Source: an uncultured Gemmatimonadales bacterium (GTDB taxonomy: Bacteria; Gemmatimonadota; Gemmatimonadetes; Longimicrobiales; RSA9). From it: DNA of 64,000 nt. The DNA lies in the NCBI GenBank assembly GCA_963741945.1, contig CAVUKA010000003.1, positions 1 to 64,000 on the forward strand, in the 5' to 3' direction. Below, piece after piece: positions 49,005-60,319 of this stretch. The translations under genes were made by a program, and so were the position numbers. A model generated the notes under the pieces. It saw nothing but the letters and a program-made list of their open reading frames with translations. It had not been told where the DNA came from and made no database searches. How positions within the stretch are numbered: the stretch's first letter is position 1; the number at the start of each line of letters is the position of its first letter.

Positions 49005-49177
49005 ATCGGGGCGTGGGTGGGACTGAGACGCGCCGCGACACCGTCGACGTGGCCCGGGGGAGCTACTGGCTCAATCCTTGACGGGCCACCGGGGCCCCCG
49101 GACCGGCGCGCGGGGTTGACGACTCGGGGCGCGCCGGTACGTTTGGCGACGCGCGTGAACCGAGACGGGGCGAGAGC

Positions 49178-50164
49178 TTGATCGTATCACTCGAAAAGGA
49201 AGCGGACGCCGCGGCCGTGGAGCGAGAGCTCACCGGCCGCGGTCTCTGGGTGCGCCGGCTGCACGCCGACGGTCGGGTCCAGTTCTACGTGGAGCCCGGG
49301 TCGGCGTGGGTGGAAGCGGGAGCCCTGAGCGGGATCGCGGGGGTGGCCTCCGTGGCGGCGGAAGCGTCGTCGCACCCGCTGGTGGACGAGCACGGCCCCG
49401 CGGCGAGTGTGGGCGGCGTGCGCGTGGCGGCGGACGCCGCGCCCGTCCTCATGGCGGGCCCGTGCAGCGTGGAGTCGGAGGAGCAGATCCACGCCATTGC
49501 CCGGCGGCTTGCGGGGCATGCGGAGTTCCTGCGGGGCGGCGCGTTCAAGACCCGCACGTCGCCGTACGCGTTCCAGGGCCATGGAGAGCCGGCGCTGCGG
49601 TGGTTGCGGGAGGCGGCGGACGCGGCCGGGCTCAAGGTGGTGACGGAGATCCTGAGTCCCGAGCAGGCACCGCTCCTGGCGCGGCACGCGGAGCTGATCC
49701 AGATCGGGTCGCGCAACATGCAGAACTCGGCGCTCCTGAGCGCGGCGGCCGCGGAAGGCCGGCCGATCCTGCTGAAGCGCGGCATGGCCGCCACCATCGA
49801 CGAGTGGCTGCTGGCGGGCGAGTACTGCCTCGTGCACGGCGCGCCCGCCGTCGTCTTCTGCGAGCGCGGCATCCGCAGCTTCGACTCGCGCACGCGCAAC
49901 CTGCTCGACCTGGGCGCCGTGGCGCTCCTCTCCGGCGTGCACCGCGTGCCCGTGGTGGTCGACCCGTCGCACGCCACCGGCCGCCGCGACCTTCTCCGCC
50001 CGCTGAGCCTCGCGGCGATCGCCGCGGGGGCGGCGGGGATCATGGTCGAAACGCACCCGGAGCCCGGCCGTTCGCTGAGCGACGCGTCACAGGCGCTGCC
50101 GCTGGACGAGTTCCCGTCGCTGGCATCCGAAGTCCGCGCGGCGAGGGTGGCGGATGCGGGGTGA
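49178..50164 (+). CDS. aroF: DAHP synthase (type I-beta)
   Basis: [50 protein letters not shown]. Confidence 0.93.
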   Translation: MIVSLEKEADAAAVERELTGRGLWVRRLHADGRVQFYVEPGSAWVEAGALSGIAGVASVAAEASSHPLVDEHGPAASVGGVRVAADAAPVLMAGPCSVESEEQIHAIARRLAGHAEFLRGGAFKTRTSPYAFQGHGEPALRWLREAADAAGLKVVTEILSPEQAPLLARHAELIQIGSRNMQNSALLSAAAAEGRPILLKRGMAATIDEWLLAGEYCLVHGAPAVVFCERGIRSFDSRTRNLLDLGAVALLSGVHRVPVVVDPSHATGRRDLLRPLSLAAIAAGAAGIMVETHPEPGRSLSDASQALPLDEFPSLASEVRAARVADAG

Positions 50165-50879
50165 CGCGGGAGAGCCGCGGCCGGGGTCGGGCGAGATGTT
50201 CGACCGGATCGCCCACCGCTACGACCTGCTCAACCGGATCCTCTCGCTGGGCGTGGACCAGCGCTGGCGTGGTCGCACCGTGGACAGCCTGGCGCTGGCC
50301 GGCCGCACCGATGCCGAAGTCCTCGACCTGGCCACCGGCACGGGCGACCTGGCCATCCAGATCGCCCGGCGCCATCCCGGCGTGCGTGTGGTGGGCGTGG
50401 ATCCGGCGGAGCGGATGCTTGCGCACGCGCGCCCCAAGATCGAACGGGCCGGTCTGTACGACCGCGTCCGCGTGGTCCCGGGCGATGCCGAGGACATCCC
50501 CTTCCCCGACGCATCGTTCGACGGCGTGACCATCGCCTTCGGCATCCGGAACGTGCCGGACCGGGCGCGAGGGCTGCGGGAGATGCGACGAGTGACTCGC
50601 CCCGGCGGGCGCGTGGCGATCCTGGAGCTGTCGGAGCCGCAGGGCGGACTGCTGGGGCGCGCGGCCCGCTTCCACGTGCACACGCTGGTGCCGCGCATCG
50701 GCGCGCTCCTCTCCGGCGAGCGCGAGTACCGCTACCTGCAGGCGTCCATCGCCGCGTTCCCGCCCGCCGGGGAGTTCGCCACGCTGATGGAGGAGGCCGG
50801 GCTGCGCGTGCTCCGCGTGGACCGCCTGACGTTCGGCGTGGCCCATCTCTACGTGGCCGAGCGCCCCGCCGACGCATGA
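50154..50879 (+). CDS. menG: Demethylmenaquinone methyltransferase (UbiE/MenG)
   Basis: [35 protein letters not shown]. Confidence 0.92.
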   Translation: MRGDAGEPRPGSGEMFDRIAHRYDLLNRILSLGVDQRWRGRTVDSLALAGRTDAEVLDLATGTGDLAIQIARRHPGVRVVGVDPAERMLAHARPKIERAGLYDRVRVVPGDAEDIPFPDASFDGVTIAFGIRNVPDRARGLREMRRVTRPGGRVAILELSEPQGGLLGRAARFHVHTLVPRIGALLSGEREYRYLQASIAAFPPAGEFATLMEEAGLRVLRVDRLTFGVAHLYVAERPADA

Positions 50880-52237
50880 CTGCCGCCGGCCTCCTGCGTG
50901 ACGCGCTCCTGCCGTCGTTCGGGCCGGAGGAGATCCGGTGGATCACGCTGCCCATCGTCGCCGGGTCGGCGGAAGCGTTGCTCCGCCTGGATCCGGTGGA
51001 GCCGGCGGTGTTCTGGGATGCGGGCGACGGCGACGGTGCCCACGCCCCGCTCGCCGGCTGGGGCGCGGCCCACGTGGTCACCGCCGAGGGACCCGGCCGG
51101 TTCGAGGATGTCCGGACTGCCGCCGAGCGCCTGTGGCCCCGGATTTCCGTGATGCCGATGGGCGGCGAGGGGCCCGTTCCGCCCCGGCTCTTCGGCGGCT
51201 TCTCCTTCCTCCCATCGCCGCCACCGCCGCCCTGGTCGGCGTTCGGCGCGGCCGCGTTCGTCCTCCCCCGTGTGCTGGTCGCCGGCGGCCCTTCCCCCCG
51301 GCTGGCCGTGGCGGCCTCGGCGGCGGACGCGGCCGGAGAAGGGCCGGAGCGGCTTTCGGCCCTCGTCGCCCGGATCGTGACCCTCCTCGCCGGCGACCGC
51401 TCGAACGGGGCGCGTCCGACGCCGGCGCTGGAGACGGCGGACGCCCCGTCGTCGGACGGATGGGCGGAAGCGCTGGCATCGATCCGGCTGCGGATCGCGG
51501 CGGGCGAGGCGGAAAAGATCGTTGCCGCGAGACGGCGGGAGATCCGCTTCGGCGGCGCGATCGATCCCGTGGCGGTGTTGCGCGCGCTGGCGGGCGGGAC
51601 GGCGGCGGAAGCGCGCTTCGCCTTCCGCCACGGCGGCGCGACGTTCCTGGGCGCCACGCCGGAGCGGCTGGTGTCGCGGCGCGGCCTTGCCGTGGGCACG
51701 GAGGCGCTGGCCGGCTCCATCGACGCCGGACGCGCCGAGCGGGACACCGAGCTGCTGCGCAGCCTGAAGGATGCGGAGGAGCACGGCTACGTCGTGCGTG
51801 CCATCGCCAGCGTGCTGGAGCCGCTGTGCGACGAGCTGGACTATCCGGCGACGCCGGGGATCCGGCACCTCCGGCACGTCCTCCACCTCCGCACGCCCTT
51901 CACCGGGCGGCTGTCGGGCCCGGTGCACGTGCTCGAGCTGGTGGACCGGCTCCACCCCACGCCCGCAGTGGGCGGAACGCCCGCGCGGGAGGCCGTGGCG
52001 TGGATCGCCGATCACGAGCCGTGGTCGCGGGGGTGGTACGCGTCGCCCGTGGGCTGGTTCGACGCCGCCGGCGATGGCGACTTCGTCGTGGCCCTCCGCT
52101 CGGCGCTCGTGGACGCTGATCGGGCGTACCTGTACGCGGGCGCGGGGATCGTACGCGACTCGGAGACGGACGCCGAGCTGGCGGAGACCGAAGTGAAGCT
52201 GCGCACCATGGCCGATGCGCTGGGGACCGCCGCGTGA
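50876..52237 (+). CDS. menF: Isochorismate synthase
   Basis: KIVAAR, FLGATPERL, ALAGS, KDAEEH, LHPTPAVGG, RGWYA, ALRS, YAGAGIV. Confidence 0.92.
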   Translation: MTAAGLLRDALLPSFGPEEIRWITLPIVAGSAEALLRLDPVEPAVFWDAGDGDGAHAPLAGWGAAHVVTAEGPGRFEDVRTAAERLWPRISVMPMGGEGPVPPRLFGGFSFLPSPPPPPWSAFGAAAFVLPRVLVAGGPSPRLAVAASAADAAGEGPERLSALVARIVTLLAGDRSNGARPTPALETADAPSSDGWAEALASIRLRIAAGEAEKIVAARRREIRFGGAIDPVAVLRALAGGTAAEARFAFRHGGATFLGATPERLVSRRGLAVGTEALAGSIDAGRAERDTELLRSLKDAEEHGYVVRAIASVLEPLCDELDYPATPGIRHLRHVLHLRTPFTGRLSGPVHVLELVDRLHPTPAVGGTPAREAVAWIADHEPWSRGWYASPVGWFDAAGDGDFVVALRSALVDADRAYLYAGAGIVRDSETDAELAETEVKLRTMADALGTAA

Positions 52238-54090
52238 GCGACTTCGCGCGCACCCCGGCCAACCTGCTCACCGAATGGGCGAGGCTGCTGCTGGGGAGCC
52301 TCCGCCGGGCCGGCGTGCGGGACGTGGTGCTCAGTCCGGGCGCGCGGAACACGCCGTTCACGTGGGCCGCGCTCCGCGACGAGGGGCTCCGCTGCCGCAC
52401 CATCATCGACGAGCGCTCGGCCGCCTTCTTCGCCGTCGGTCACGCCAAGATGACCGGCCGGCCGGTGGTCCTGCTGTGCACGTCCGGGAGCGCCGCCGCC
52501 AACTACTTCCCGGCCGTGGTGGAAGCGTCCGAGTCGGGCACTCCGCTCCTCCTGCTCACGGCCGACCGCCCGCTCGAGCTGCAGCACGCGGCAGCGCCCC
52601 AGACCATCGACCAGGCGCGCCTCTACGGCACGTTCGCCCGCGGCCATTTCGAGCTGGGCACGCCCGACCCCCGGGCCGCCATGCTCCGGGCCGTCGCCAG
52701 GATCGCCACCCAGGCCGTGGCCACGACGCGCTCGCCCGTGCCGGGCCCCGTCCAGGTCAACGCCCGCGCGCGCAAGCCGCTGGAGCCGGACACCGGCGAG
52801 GATGACGAGGCGCGGCGTCTCAGCCAGGAAGTGGACCGCCTGCTGGACTCCGTGCCCGCGATCTACGACGATGAGGCCGCTCCCGCGCCGGCCGGGATCG
52901 AAGCGCTCGCCGCCGCGTGCCGCCGCGCCCGCCGCGGGCTGATCGTATGCGGCCCGGAAAGTCCGTGGCGCGCAGCACCGGCCGACGATGTCGCCGCCCT
53001 CGCCCGCGCCACCGGCTTCCCGGTGGTGGCCGAGCCCGCGAGCCAGCAGCGGTTCGGGGCGCTCGGCGACCGCCCCGGCGTCGCCATCATCGACGCGTTC
53101 ACCGCTCTCCTCGGCGCCCAGCGCTTCCGCGACGGCTACGGCCCCGACCTCGTGGTCCAGCTGGGCCGGCCCCCGACGGCGGCGGAGTGGAACCGCTACC
53201 TCAAGCGCTGGGTCAGCGCCGAACGCTGGGTCATCGCCCCCGACGGCTGGTCGGATCCTCGAGGCTCGGCCGCCGGGTGGCTCCGGAGCCCGGCAGGGCC
53301 GGCGGTGCGGGCGCTGGCGCGCGCGCTCGGGACGGGCGCCGGTGGGCAGGACCCTGCGGGCGCGACGCCGGAGGCCGGGACCGCGGCGACGCCGGAGGCC
53401 GGGACGGCGGCGGCGCGCGCGGCCTGGGTGGAGCGGCTCGTCGGCGCCAATCGCGCCGCGCGCACCGCGATCGACGAGTCGCTCGAGGGCGAGTTCACGG
53501 AGGCCGCGGCGATCCGCGCCATCGTGGACGCCGTCCCCGCGGGCGGGATCCTGGCGCTGGGGAACAGCCTTCCGGTCCGTGAAGTGGAGATTTTCGCACC
53601 GGCGGCCGACCGGAGCCTGGCCGTGTGGTCGCAGCGCGGGGCGAACGGGATCGACGGCGTGGTTTCGGGCGCCGCCGGCGCCGCGGCCGCCACGGGTCGC
53701 CCGACCACGCTCATCATCGGCGACGTGAGCTTCACCCACGACGTGGGCGGGCTCGCCGCCGCGCGGACTGTCGACGCGCCGCTCACGGTGGTCGTGCTGA
53801 ACAACGGCGGCGGTCGGATCTTCGAGCGCCTGCCCATCGCCACCACGCTCGAGGGCGACGACGACTTCCTTGCCTGGCTGACGCCCCCGGCCATCGACAT
53901 CGCCGCAGCCGCCCGCACGTTCGGCGCGAGCTACGCCCGCGCCGGGGACGCGCGAGCGCTGGCGCGGGCGCTCGCCGCGGCGCGGGAGTCGCGGGGCGTC
54001 ACGGTGGTCGAGGTGGTGGTCCCGGGCGAGATGACGGCGCCGCACCACGCCGCCATGATCGCGCGCCTGGACGCGCGCATTCCCACGTGA
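52234..54090 (+). CDS. menD: SEPHCHC synthase
   Basis: LSPGARNTP, DERSAAF, CTSGSAAANY, TADRP, RGANGIDG, GDVSF, NNGGGRIF. Confidence 0.95.
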   Translation: MSDFARTPANLLTEWARLLLGSLRRAGVRDVVLSPGARNTPFTWAALRDEGLRCRTIIDERSAAFFAVGHAKMTGRPVVLLCTSGSAAANYFPAVVEASESGTPLLLLTADRPLELQHAAAPQTIDQARLYGTFARGHFELGTPDPRAAMLRAVARIATQAVATTRSPVPGPVQVNARARKPLEPDTGEDDEARRLSQEVDRLLDSVPAIYDDEAAPAPAGIEALAAACRRARRGLIVCGPESPWRAAPADDVAALARATGFPVVAEPASQQRFGALGDRPGVAIIDAFTALLGAQRFRDGYGPDLVVQLGRPPTAAEWNRYLKRWVSAERWVIAPDGWSDPRGSAAGWLRSPAGPAVRALARALGTGAGGQDPAGATPEAGTAATPEAGTAAARAAWVERLVGANRAARTAIDESLEGEFTEAAAIRAIVDAVPAGGILALGNSLPVREVEIFAPAADRSLAVWSQRGANGIDGVVSGAAGAAAATGRPTTLIIGDVSFTHDVGGLAAARTVDAPLTVVVLNNGGGRIFERLPIATTLEGDDDFLAWLTPPAIDIAAAARTFGASYARAGDARALARALAAARESRGVTVVEVVVPGEMTAPHHAAMIARLDARIPT

Positions 54091-54833
54091 TCCGACCGCT
54101 CGTCCTCCTGCACGGCTTCACCGGCGCGCCCGCGTCCTGGGACCCGGTGCTCGAACGGCTCGACGCTCCGGACGCTTTCGCTCCGTCGCTCCTCGGCCAC
54201 GACGGCACGCCGGGCCCCGCCGACGTGCAGGGCTGGGATGACGAGCTCGACCGCGTGGCGCGGCTGGTCCGGCACCGTTTCGACCGGCCGGCCACGCTCG
54301 CCGGGTATTCCCTCGGCGGACGCGTTGCGCTGGGCCTGCTGGTGAGGCACCCGGAGCTGTTCGCCGGCGCCATGCTCATCGGCGCGAGCCCCCGGCTCGC
54401 CGATCCGGCCGAGCGAGAGGCGCGGCGGTCAGAGGATGCGGCCCGGGCGCGGCTGCTGGAACGGGAGGGGCTCCCCGCGTTCGTGGCCGCATGGGAGGCG
54501 CTGCCCCTGTTCCGCACCCAGAGCGTACTGGACCGGGATGTGCTGGAGCGCCAGCGCGCGGTCCGCCTCGCCCACGACCCCGCCGGGCTCGCCCGGTCGC
54601 TGCGCGTGCTCTCCCTCGCCGCCATGCCCGACTACCGGGCTGCGCTGCACCGGGTGGCCGTACCGGCCCACGTCGTGGCGGGAGAGGCGGACGCGAAGTT
54701 CCGGGCCCTGGCCACGGAGATGGCAGCGGAGCTGCCGCGGGCGCGGATCACCATCGTCGCCGGCGCCGGCCACAACGTGGTCCTGGAGCGCCCGGCCGAA
54801 ATCGCTCGACTGCTACAGGAGCTGGATGGATGA
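54087..54833 (+). CDS. menH: SHCHC synthase (alpha/beta hydrolase)
   Basis: LLHGFTG, GYSLGGR, RRSED, AGHNV; coupled between menD and menB. Confidence 0.9.
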   Translation: MIRPLVLLHGFTGAPASWDPVLERLDAPDAFAPSLLGHDGTPGPADVQGWDDELDRVARLVRHRFDRPATLAGYSLGGRVALGLLVRHPELFAGAMLIGASPRLADPAEREARRSEDAARARLLEREGLPAFVAAWEALPLFRTQSVLDRDVLERQRAVRLAHDPAGLARSLRVLSLAAMPDYRAALHRVAVPAHVVAGEADAKFRALATEMAAELPRARITIVAGAGHNVVLERPAEIARLLQELDG

Positions 54834-55690
54834 GCATCACCACCGTCGAGGTCGACCGCAGCGGTCCCCCGGAATGGAAGGTCCAGGAATCGTTCGGGTT
54901 CGAAGAGATCATTTACGAGAAGGCGGATGAGGGGATCGCGAAGATCACGATCAACCGCCCCGAGAAGCGGAACGCGTTCACGCCGCTGACCGTGCAGGAG
55001 ATGCGGCGGGCGTTCGACGACGCGCGCGACGACGGCTCCATCGGCGTGATCATCCTCACCGGCAAGGGCGAGAAGGCGTTCTGCTCCGGCGGCGACCAGA
55101 GCGTCCGTGGCAAGGGCGGGTACGTCGGGACGGACCAGGTGCCGCGCCTCAACGTGCTGGACCTCCAGCGGGAGATCCGTGCGCTCCCCAAGCCGGTGAT
55201 CGCCATGGTGGCCGGCTACGCGGTGGGCGGCGGGCACGTGCTGCACATGATCTGCGACCTGACCATTGCGGCCGACAACGCCATCTTCGGCCAGACCGGT
55301 CCGAAGGTGGGGAGCTTCGATGGCGGCTACGGCTCGTCGCACATGGCGAGGATCGTGGGTCAGAAGAAGGCGCGGGAGATCTGGTTCCTCTGTCGCCAGT
55401 ACACGGCGCGGGAAGCACTGGAGATGGGGCTGGTGAACGCCGTGGTCCCGTACGCGAAGATGGAGGAGGAGACGGTGCAGTGGTGCCGCGAGATCCTCCA
55501 GAACAGCCCCATGGCCATCCGCTTCATCAAGGCCGGGATGAACGCCGACGAGGACGGCCAGGCCGGGCTCCAGCAGCTGGCCGGCGACGCCACGCTCCTC
55601 TTCTATCTCACCGAAGAGGGGCAGGAGGGGAAGAACGCGTTCCTGGAGAAGCGGAAGCCCGAGTTCGGCAAGTTCCCCCGGTATCCCTGA
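54830..55690 (+). CDS. menB: 1,4-dihydroxy-2-naphthoyl-CoA synthase
   Basis: [37 protein letters not shown]. Confidence 0.97.
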   Translation: MSITTVEVDRSGPPEWKVQESFGFEEIIYEKADEGIAKITINRPEKRNAFTPLTVQEMRRAFDDARDDGSIGVIILTGKGEKAFCSGGDQSVRGKGGYVGTDQVPRLNVLDLQREIRALPKPVIAMVAGYAVGGGHVLHMICDLTIAADNAIFGQTGPKVGSFDGGYGSSHMARIVGQKKAREIWFLCRQYTAREALEMGLVNAVVPYAKMEEETVQWCREILQNSPMAIRFIKAGMNADEDGQAGLQQLAGDATLLFYLTEEGQEGKNAFLEKRKPEFGKFPRYP

Positions 55691-55697
55691 GTCGAAG

Positions 55698-56600
55698 GTG
55701 ACGATCACACAGGCGTCGCCGGGCATCGTCGCCCGGTGGGTTCTGGCGGCGCGGCCGAAGACGCTCACGGCCGCCGCCGCGCCGGTGCTGGTGGGCACCG
55801 CGTGCGCGTACGCCGTGGACGCCTTCCGGCCGGGGCCCGGGCTCGCGGCGCTGGCGGGCGCGCTGCTGCTCCAGGTGGGCGCGAACTTCGCCAACGACGT
55901 TTTCGACTTCGAGAAAGGCGCGGACACGCACGAGCGGATCGGCCCCACGCGCGTGGTGCAGTCGGGGCTGCTGAGCGCCGCCGCCGTGCGCCGGGCGATG
56001 CTGGTGGTCTTCGGGCTGGCGCTGCTGGCCGGCGTGTACCTGACGTGGGTGGCCGGGCCGGTGATCGTCGTCATCGGCGTCGCATCGATCCTCGCCGCGC
56101 TGGCGTACACGGGCGGGCCGTACCCGCTTGGCTACAACGGGCTCGGCGACGTCGCCGTCCTCCTCTTCTTCGGCTTCGTGGCCGTGTGCGGCACCACCTT
56201 CGTCCAGGCCGGCTTCGTCCCGCCGTTGGCGTGGTGGGCGGCCATCCCGGTGGGCGCGCTCATCACCAACATCCTGGTGGTCAACAACATCCGGGACGTC
56301 CGGACCGATGCCGCCGCCGGCAAGCACACGCTGGCCGTCCGCCTGGGACGCGACGGCGCGCTGGGCGAGTACGCCCTCCTCTTCATCGCCGCCTACGCCG
56401 TCCCTGTCGGCCTGGTCGCCACCGGTCGACTCGGAATCGCCGCGCTCCTCCCGCTCCTCAGCGCCCCCATGGCCGTGCGCCTGTTCCGCTTCGTGCGGCG
56501 CACCACGGGCCGCGCGCTCAATCCGGCCCTCGGCGGGACCGCGAAGCTGGTCTTCATCTTCGGCGCGCTGTTCGCCGCCGGGATCGTGCTCGGGGCGTAG
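55698..56600 (+). CDS. menA: DHNA polyprenyltransferase
   Basis: [40 protein letters not shown]. Confidence 0.95.
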   Translation: MTITQASPGIVARWVLAARPKTLTAAAAPVLVGTACAYAVDAFRPGPGLAALAGALLLQVGANFANDVFDFEKGADTHERIGPTRVVQSGLLSAAAVRRAMLVVFGLALLAGVYLTWVAGPVIVVIGVASILAALAYTGGPYPLGYNGLGDVAVLLFFGFVAVCGTTFVQAGFVPPLAWWAAIPVGALITNILVVNNIRDVRTDAAAGKHTLAVRLGRDGALGEYALLFIAAYAVPVGLVATGRLGIAALLPLLSAPMAVRLFRFVRRTTGRALNPALGGTAKLVFIFGALFAAGIVLGA

Positions 56601-56646
56601 CGGTGGACCGGCGAACGTTCCGCGCCGCGCGCGGGGCCGCGCGTCC

Positions 56647-58125
56647 GTGAGCCTCTCCATCTTCGCGGCCGCCCGCGAGGCGCCGGACCGCATCGCGCTC
56701 GCGGCCGGTGGCCGGAGCTGGACGTTCGCGGAGCTGGCCGACGGCGCGCGTGCGGCGGTCCGGTGGCTGCGAGCGCGCGGGCTCGCGCCGGCCGGTGGCG
56801 CGCGCGCGCCCCTCGTCGCCATGCGCGCGGCATCGGACGTGCCCACGCTCGAGATGCTGCACGCCCTCGTCGCCCTGGGCACCCCGGCGCTGCTGCTGCA
56901 CCCCCGGCTGACGACGGATGAGGAGCGGCGGATCGTGGCGGAGGCGGAGCCCGCGGCCGTGGTGGCAGGCGACTGGCGCGACGCGACGAGTGCGGCTGCC
57001 GCCTCGTTCGCCGGCACGCCAGCGGCCGCCGGCGGTCCATTCCCGTCCGCCGCGCAGCGCCCGTTCCCCGACCCGGCGCTCCCCGTGGCCGACGACCACC
57101 GCCCGCTGGCCGTGCTCTACACGTCCGGCACGACCGGCCGACCCAAGGGTGTCGTCCTCTCGCGCGCGGCATTCGTGGCGTCGGCACGGGCGAGCGAGGC
57201 GAACCTTGGATGGGAGCCGGACGACCGCTGGCTCCTCCGCCTCCCCGTGGCCCACGTGGGCGGCCTGTCCGTGGTCACCCGCTGCCTCCTGGCCCGGCGG
57301 ACCGTGGTCCTCTCCACCGACTCCGATCCGGGCGCGCTCCTGGACACCATCCAGCGCGAGCGGGTCACCATCCTCTCGCTCGTCCCGACGCTGCTCGGGC
57401 GGCTCCTCGACCTCGAGCCGGCCCGCACCGCGCCGGCGCATGTCCGCGCAGTCCTGCTGGGTGGCGCCGCGGCCTCCCCCGCCCTGCTCGAGCGCGCCGC
57501 CGACCGCGGCTGGCCCGTGCTCACCACGTACGGCCTCACGGAGACCTGCTCACAGGCCACCACGCAGCCGTACGGGACCGTGAACCGCGGCGGGATGGGC
57601 GCCGGCCCGCCGCTCCCCGGCACCGAGATCCGGACCGGCGATGACGGGGAGATCCTCGTCCGCGGCCCTTCGCTCCTGACCGGCTACTTCCCGCCCGACG
57701 CGCACCCCGCGCCGTTCCTCGAGGGCGGCTGGCTGCCCACGGGCGACTTCGGGCACCTGGATGCCTCCGGCAATCTCCACGTGTCCGGCCGCCGCGCCGA
57801 CCGCATCGTCACCGGCGGAGAGAACGTGGACCCGCTGGAAGTGGAGCAGGCGCTCGAGGCCGAGCCGGGCATCGCGGGTGCGTGCGTCTTCGGTGCGCGC
57901 GACGAGGAGTGGGGCGAGGTGGTGTGCGCGGCGCTCGTCGCCGACTCCGTCGAAGCCATCCACGCGGCCATCCGGGCGGTCGGCGGCCGCCTCGCGCCCT
58001 TCAAGCTCCCGCGGCGCTTCGCCCTGCTGCACGCGCTGCCGCTCCTGAAGGGGGGCAAGCTCGACCGGGAAGCCACGAAGGAGGCGGCGAAAGACCGGCT
58101 CACGGTCATCTCCTTCAACCGGTGA
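56647..58125 (+). CDS. menE: O-succinylbenzoate-CoA ligase
   Basis: YTSGTTGRPKGV, HVGGL, TYGLTETCSQ, TGD, GGENVDP; position in the men cluster. Confidence 0.9.
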   Translation: MSLSIFAAAREAPDRIALAAGGRSWTFAELADGARAAVRWLRARGLAPAGGARAPLVAMRAASDVPTLEMLHALVALGTPALLLHPRLTTDEERRIVAEAEPAAVVAGDWRDATSAAAASFAGTPAAAGGPFPSAAQRPFPDPALPVADDHRPLAVLYTSGTTGRPKGVVLSRAAFVASARASEANLGWEPDDRWLLRLPVAHVGGLSVVTRCLLARRTVVLSTDSDPGALLDTIQRERVTILSLVPTLLGRLLDLEPARTAPAHVRAVLLGGAAASPALLERAADRGWPVLTTYGLTETCSQATTQPYGTVNRGGMGAGPPLPGTEIRTGDDGEILVRGPSLLTGYFPPDAHPAPFLEGGWLPTGDFGHLDASGNLHVSGRRADRIVTGGENVDPLEVEQALEAEPGIAGACVFGARDEEWGEVVCAALVADSVEAIHAAIRAVGGRLAPFKLPRRFALLHALPLLKGGKLDREATKEAAKDRLTVISFNR

Positions 58126-58492
58126 GCGCGTCGCGAAGCTCCGCGGGGACCGGCACCCGCCCCCCTTCCGAAGGATCGACGGCCACGTGCACCACTCTTC
58201 CCACGCACACCACTTCCCCGTCGCGCTCCACCCGGTACCCGACGGTGTACTCCGTCTCCGCCACGTCGATGCCGGCGATCACCACGTCGATGCGGTCACC
58301 GAAGTGGAGGGGGCGCAGGTAATCGGCTTCCGCGTGCCGCAGCGGCGCGGCCCAGGTGCCGTCGCGCAACGCCTCATCCAGCCGGGCGCCACGCCCGTGC
58401 AGAAAGCTCACGTACGCGTCGTGGAAGTAGTCGAAGACACGGGCGTAGAAGACGATGCCGGCCGCATCGACATCCTGGAAACGCACCGTCAT
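58115..58492 (-). CDS. Hotdog-fold acyl-CoA thioesterase (4HBT family; candidate DHNA-CoA thioesterase)
   Basis: VRFQDVDAAGIVFY motif; converges on menE. Confidence 0.85.
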   Translation of the reverse strand: MTVRFQDVDAAGIVFYARVFDYFHDAYVSFLHGRGARLDEALRDGTWAAPLRHAEADYLRPLHFGDRIDVVIAGIDVAETEYTVGYRVERDGEVVCVGRVVHVAVDPSEGGRVPVPAELRDALTG

Positions 58493-58577
58493 GGCCTCCG
58501 CATGAAGCGTCGCGTCCGATTTCCTCGGGTCCTGACCCTGGATGTCGATGTCCGCCTCCGCCCGGCCAGCGCCGGTA

Positions 58578-59144
58578 TCAGGTTTCCGGCCGCGCGTGCC
58601 GCCCCTCGGCGATCTCCTCGGCCACCTTGCGATTGAACGCCGGTATGTCGTCCGGCTTGCGGCTGGTCACCAGCCCGTGGTCCACCACCACTTCCTCGTC
58701 CACCCAGTCGGCGCCCGCGTTGCGCAGGTCCGTCTGCAGCGACGGCCACGAGGTCACGCGCCGACCGCGCACCACGTCCGCCTCCACCAGCGTCCACGGG
58801 CCGTGGCAGATGGCCCCGATCGGCTTGCCCGCGTCGAAGAACGAGCGCGCGAACGCCACCGCCCGGTCCTCCAGCCGCAGGTTGTCCGGGTTCATCTGGC
58901 CGCCCGGCAGCACGAGCGCATCGTAGTCGTCCGCGCGGGCCTCCGACAGCGGCACGTCCACGTCCAGCTCGTCGCCCCAGTGGTCGTGCTTCCACCCCTT
59001 CACCTTCCCGTCCGCCGGCGAGACGATGAACGTCTTCGCGCCCGCGTCGTCCAGCGCCTTCCGCGGCCCGGTCAGCTCCACCTGCTCGAAGCCGTCCGCC
59101 ACCAGGAACGCCACCTTCTTCCCGCTCAGGTCGTGCTCTGCCAT
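58578..59144 (-). CDS. PfpI/DJ-1 family protein
   Basis: GFEQVEL, LVLPGG, AICHGPW, VTSRKPDD; AAGGAG RBS. Confidence 0.93.
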   Translation of the reverse strand: MAEHDLSGKKVAFLVADGFEQVELTGPRKALDDAGAKTFIVSPADGKVKGWKHDHWGDELDVDVPLSEARADDYDALVLPGGQMNPDNLRLEDRAVAFARSFFDAGKPIGAICHGPWTLVEADVVRGRRVTSWPSLQTDLRNAGADWVDEEVVVDHGLVTSRKPDDIPAFNRKVAEEIAEGRHARPET

Positions 59145-59288
59145 ATCGTTTCTCTCCTTGGTGTTACATGGGATCGTGGGAGAGAAGGGGTGCAAGGAGC
59201 GTGCGGGCGCGGGGGGAAGGCGGGTGGAAAGGCATGACCGGGGGCGCACCCCGTGCACGTCGGCCACCACTCCCCTAAACTCAAGGCC

Positions 59289-60272
59289 ATGCAATACACG
59301 AATCTCGGCCGCACCGGCCTCACGGTTTCGAAGATCGCCCTCGGCTGCATGTCGTACGGGACGTCGGAATGGCGCCCGTGGGTCCTGGACGAGGACGCCG
59401 CCCGCCCCTTCTACCGCCGCGCCATCGAGGCGGGCATCAACTTCTTCGACACGGCGGACATGTACTCCCGCGGCGTGAGCGAGGAAGTGACCGGGCGCGC
59501 GCTGAAGGAGTACGGCGTGCGCGAGGAGCTGGTCATCGCCACCAAGGTCTTCTTCCCGTACAACGACCGCCCGAACCGCGGCGGCCTGTCCCGAAAGCAC
59601 ATCGTGGAGGGGTGCGAGGCCAGCCTCCGCCGACTCGGCATCGAGGCCATCGACCTGTACCAGATCCACCGCTTCGACCCGGCCACGCCGCTGGAGGAGA
59701 CGCTGGCGGCCCTCGACCACCTGGTCCAGGCCGGGAAGGTGCGCTACCTCGGGGCCAGCTCCGGGTGGGCGTGGCAGCTGGCGAAAGCCCTCGGGCTCTC
59801 CGACCGGAACGGCTGGGCCCGCTTCGTCTCCATGCAGAACCACTACAACCTGATCTACCGCGAGGAGGAGCGGGAGATGATCCCGCTCTGCCGCGACCAG
59901 GGCCTCGGCATCATCCCCTGGTCCCCCCTCGCCCGCGGCTACCTGGCCGGCACCCGGACGTCGTTCCAGGACCGGTCGTCCACGAAGCGCGCGGAGACCG
60001 ACGAGTACGGCCACCGGATGTACGACAGCCCGGGCGACGACGCCATCCTCGAAGCCGTCCGGGGCGTGGCCGACGCCCGGGGCGTCAGCATGGCCGAAGT
60101 CGCCCTGGCCTGGCTCGGCTCACGCCCGGGCGTCACCGCCCCCATCGTGGGCGCCACCAAGCTCGAGCACCTGGACGCCGCCATCCGGTCCGTGGAGCTG
60201 ACGCTGAGCGACGACGAAGTCCGCCGCCTCGAGGCCCCGTACCAGCCGCACCGGGTTATGGGTCACACCTAG
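59289..60272 (+). CDS. Aldo/keto reductase
   Basis: LGCMSYG, FDTADMY, IATK, IDLYQIH, GKVRYLG, QNHYNL, WSPLARG. Confidence 0.95.
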   Translation: MQYTNLGRTGLTVSKIALGCMSYGTSEWRPWVLDEDAARPFYRRAIEAGINFFDTADMYSRGVSEEVTGRALKEYGVREELVIATKVFFPYNDRPNRGGLSRKHIVEGCEASLRRLGIEAIDLYQIHRFDPATPLEETLAALDHLVQAGKVRYLGASSGWAWQLAKALGLSDRNGWARFVSMQNHYNLIYREEEREMIPLCRDQGLGIIPWSPLARGYLAGTRTSFQDRSSTKRAETDEYGHRMYDSPGDDAILEAVRGVADARGVSMAEVALAWLGSRPGVTAPIVGATKLEHLDAAIRSVELTLSDDEVRRLEAPYQPHRVMGHT

Positions 60273-60319
60273 AAGCGGCCCAGGCGCCGACCGGCCCCAA
60301 GCGCCGAGGAGCGCCCGGG

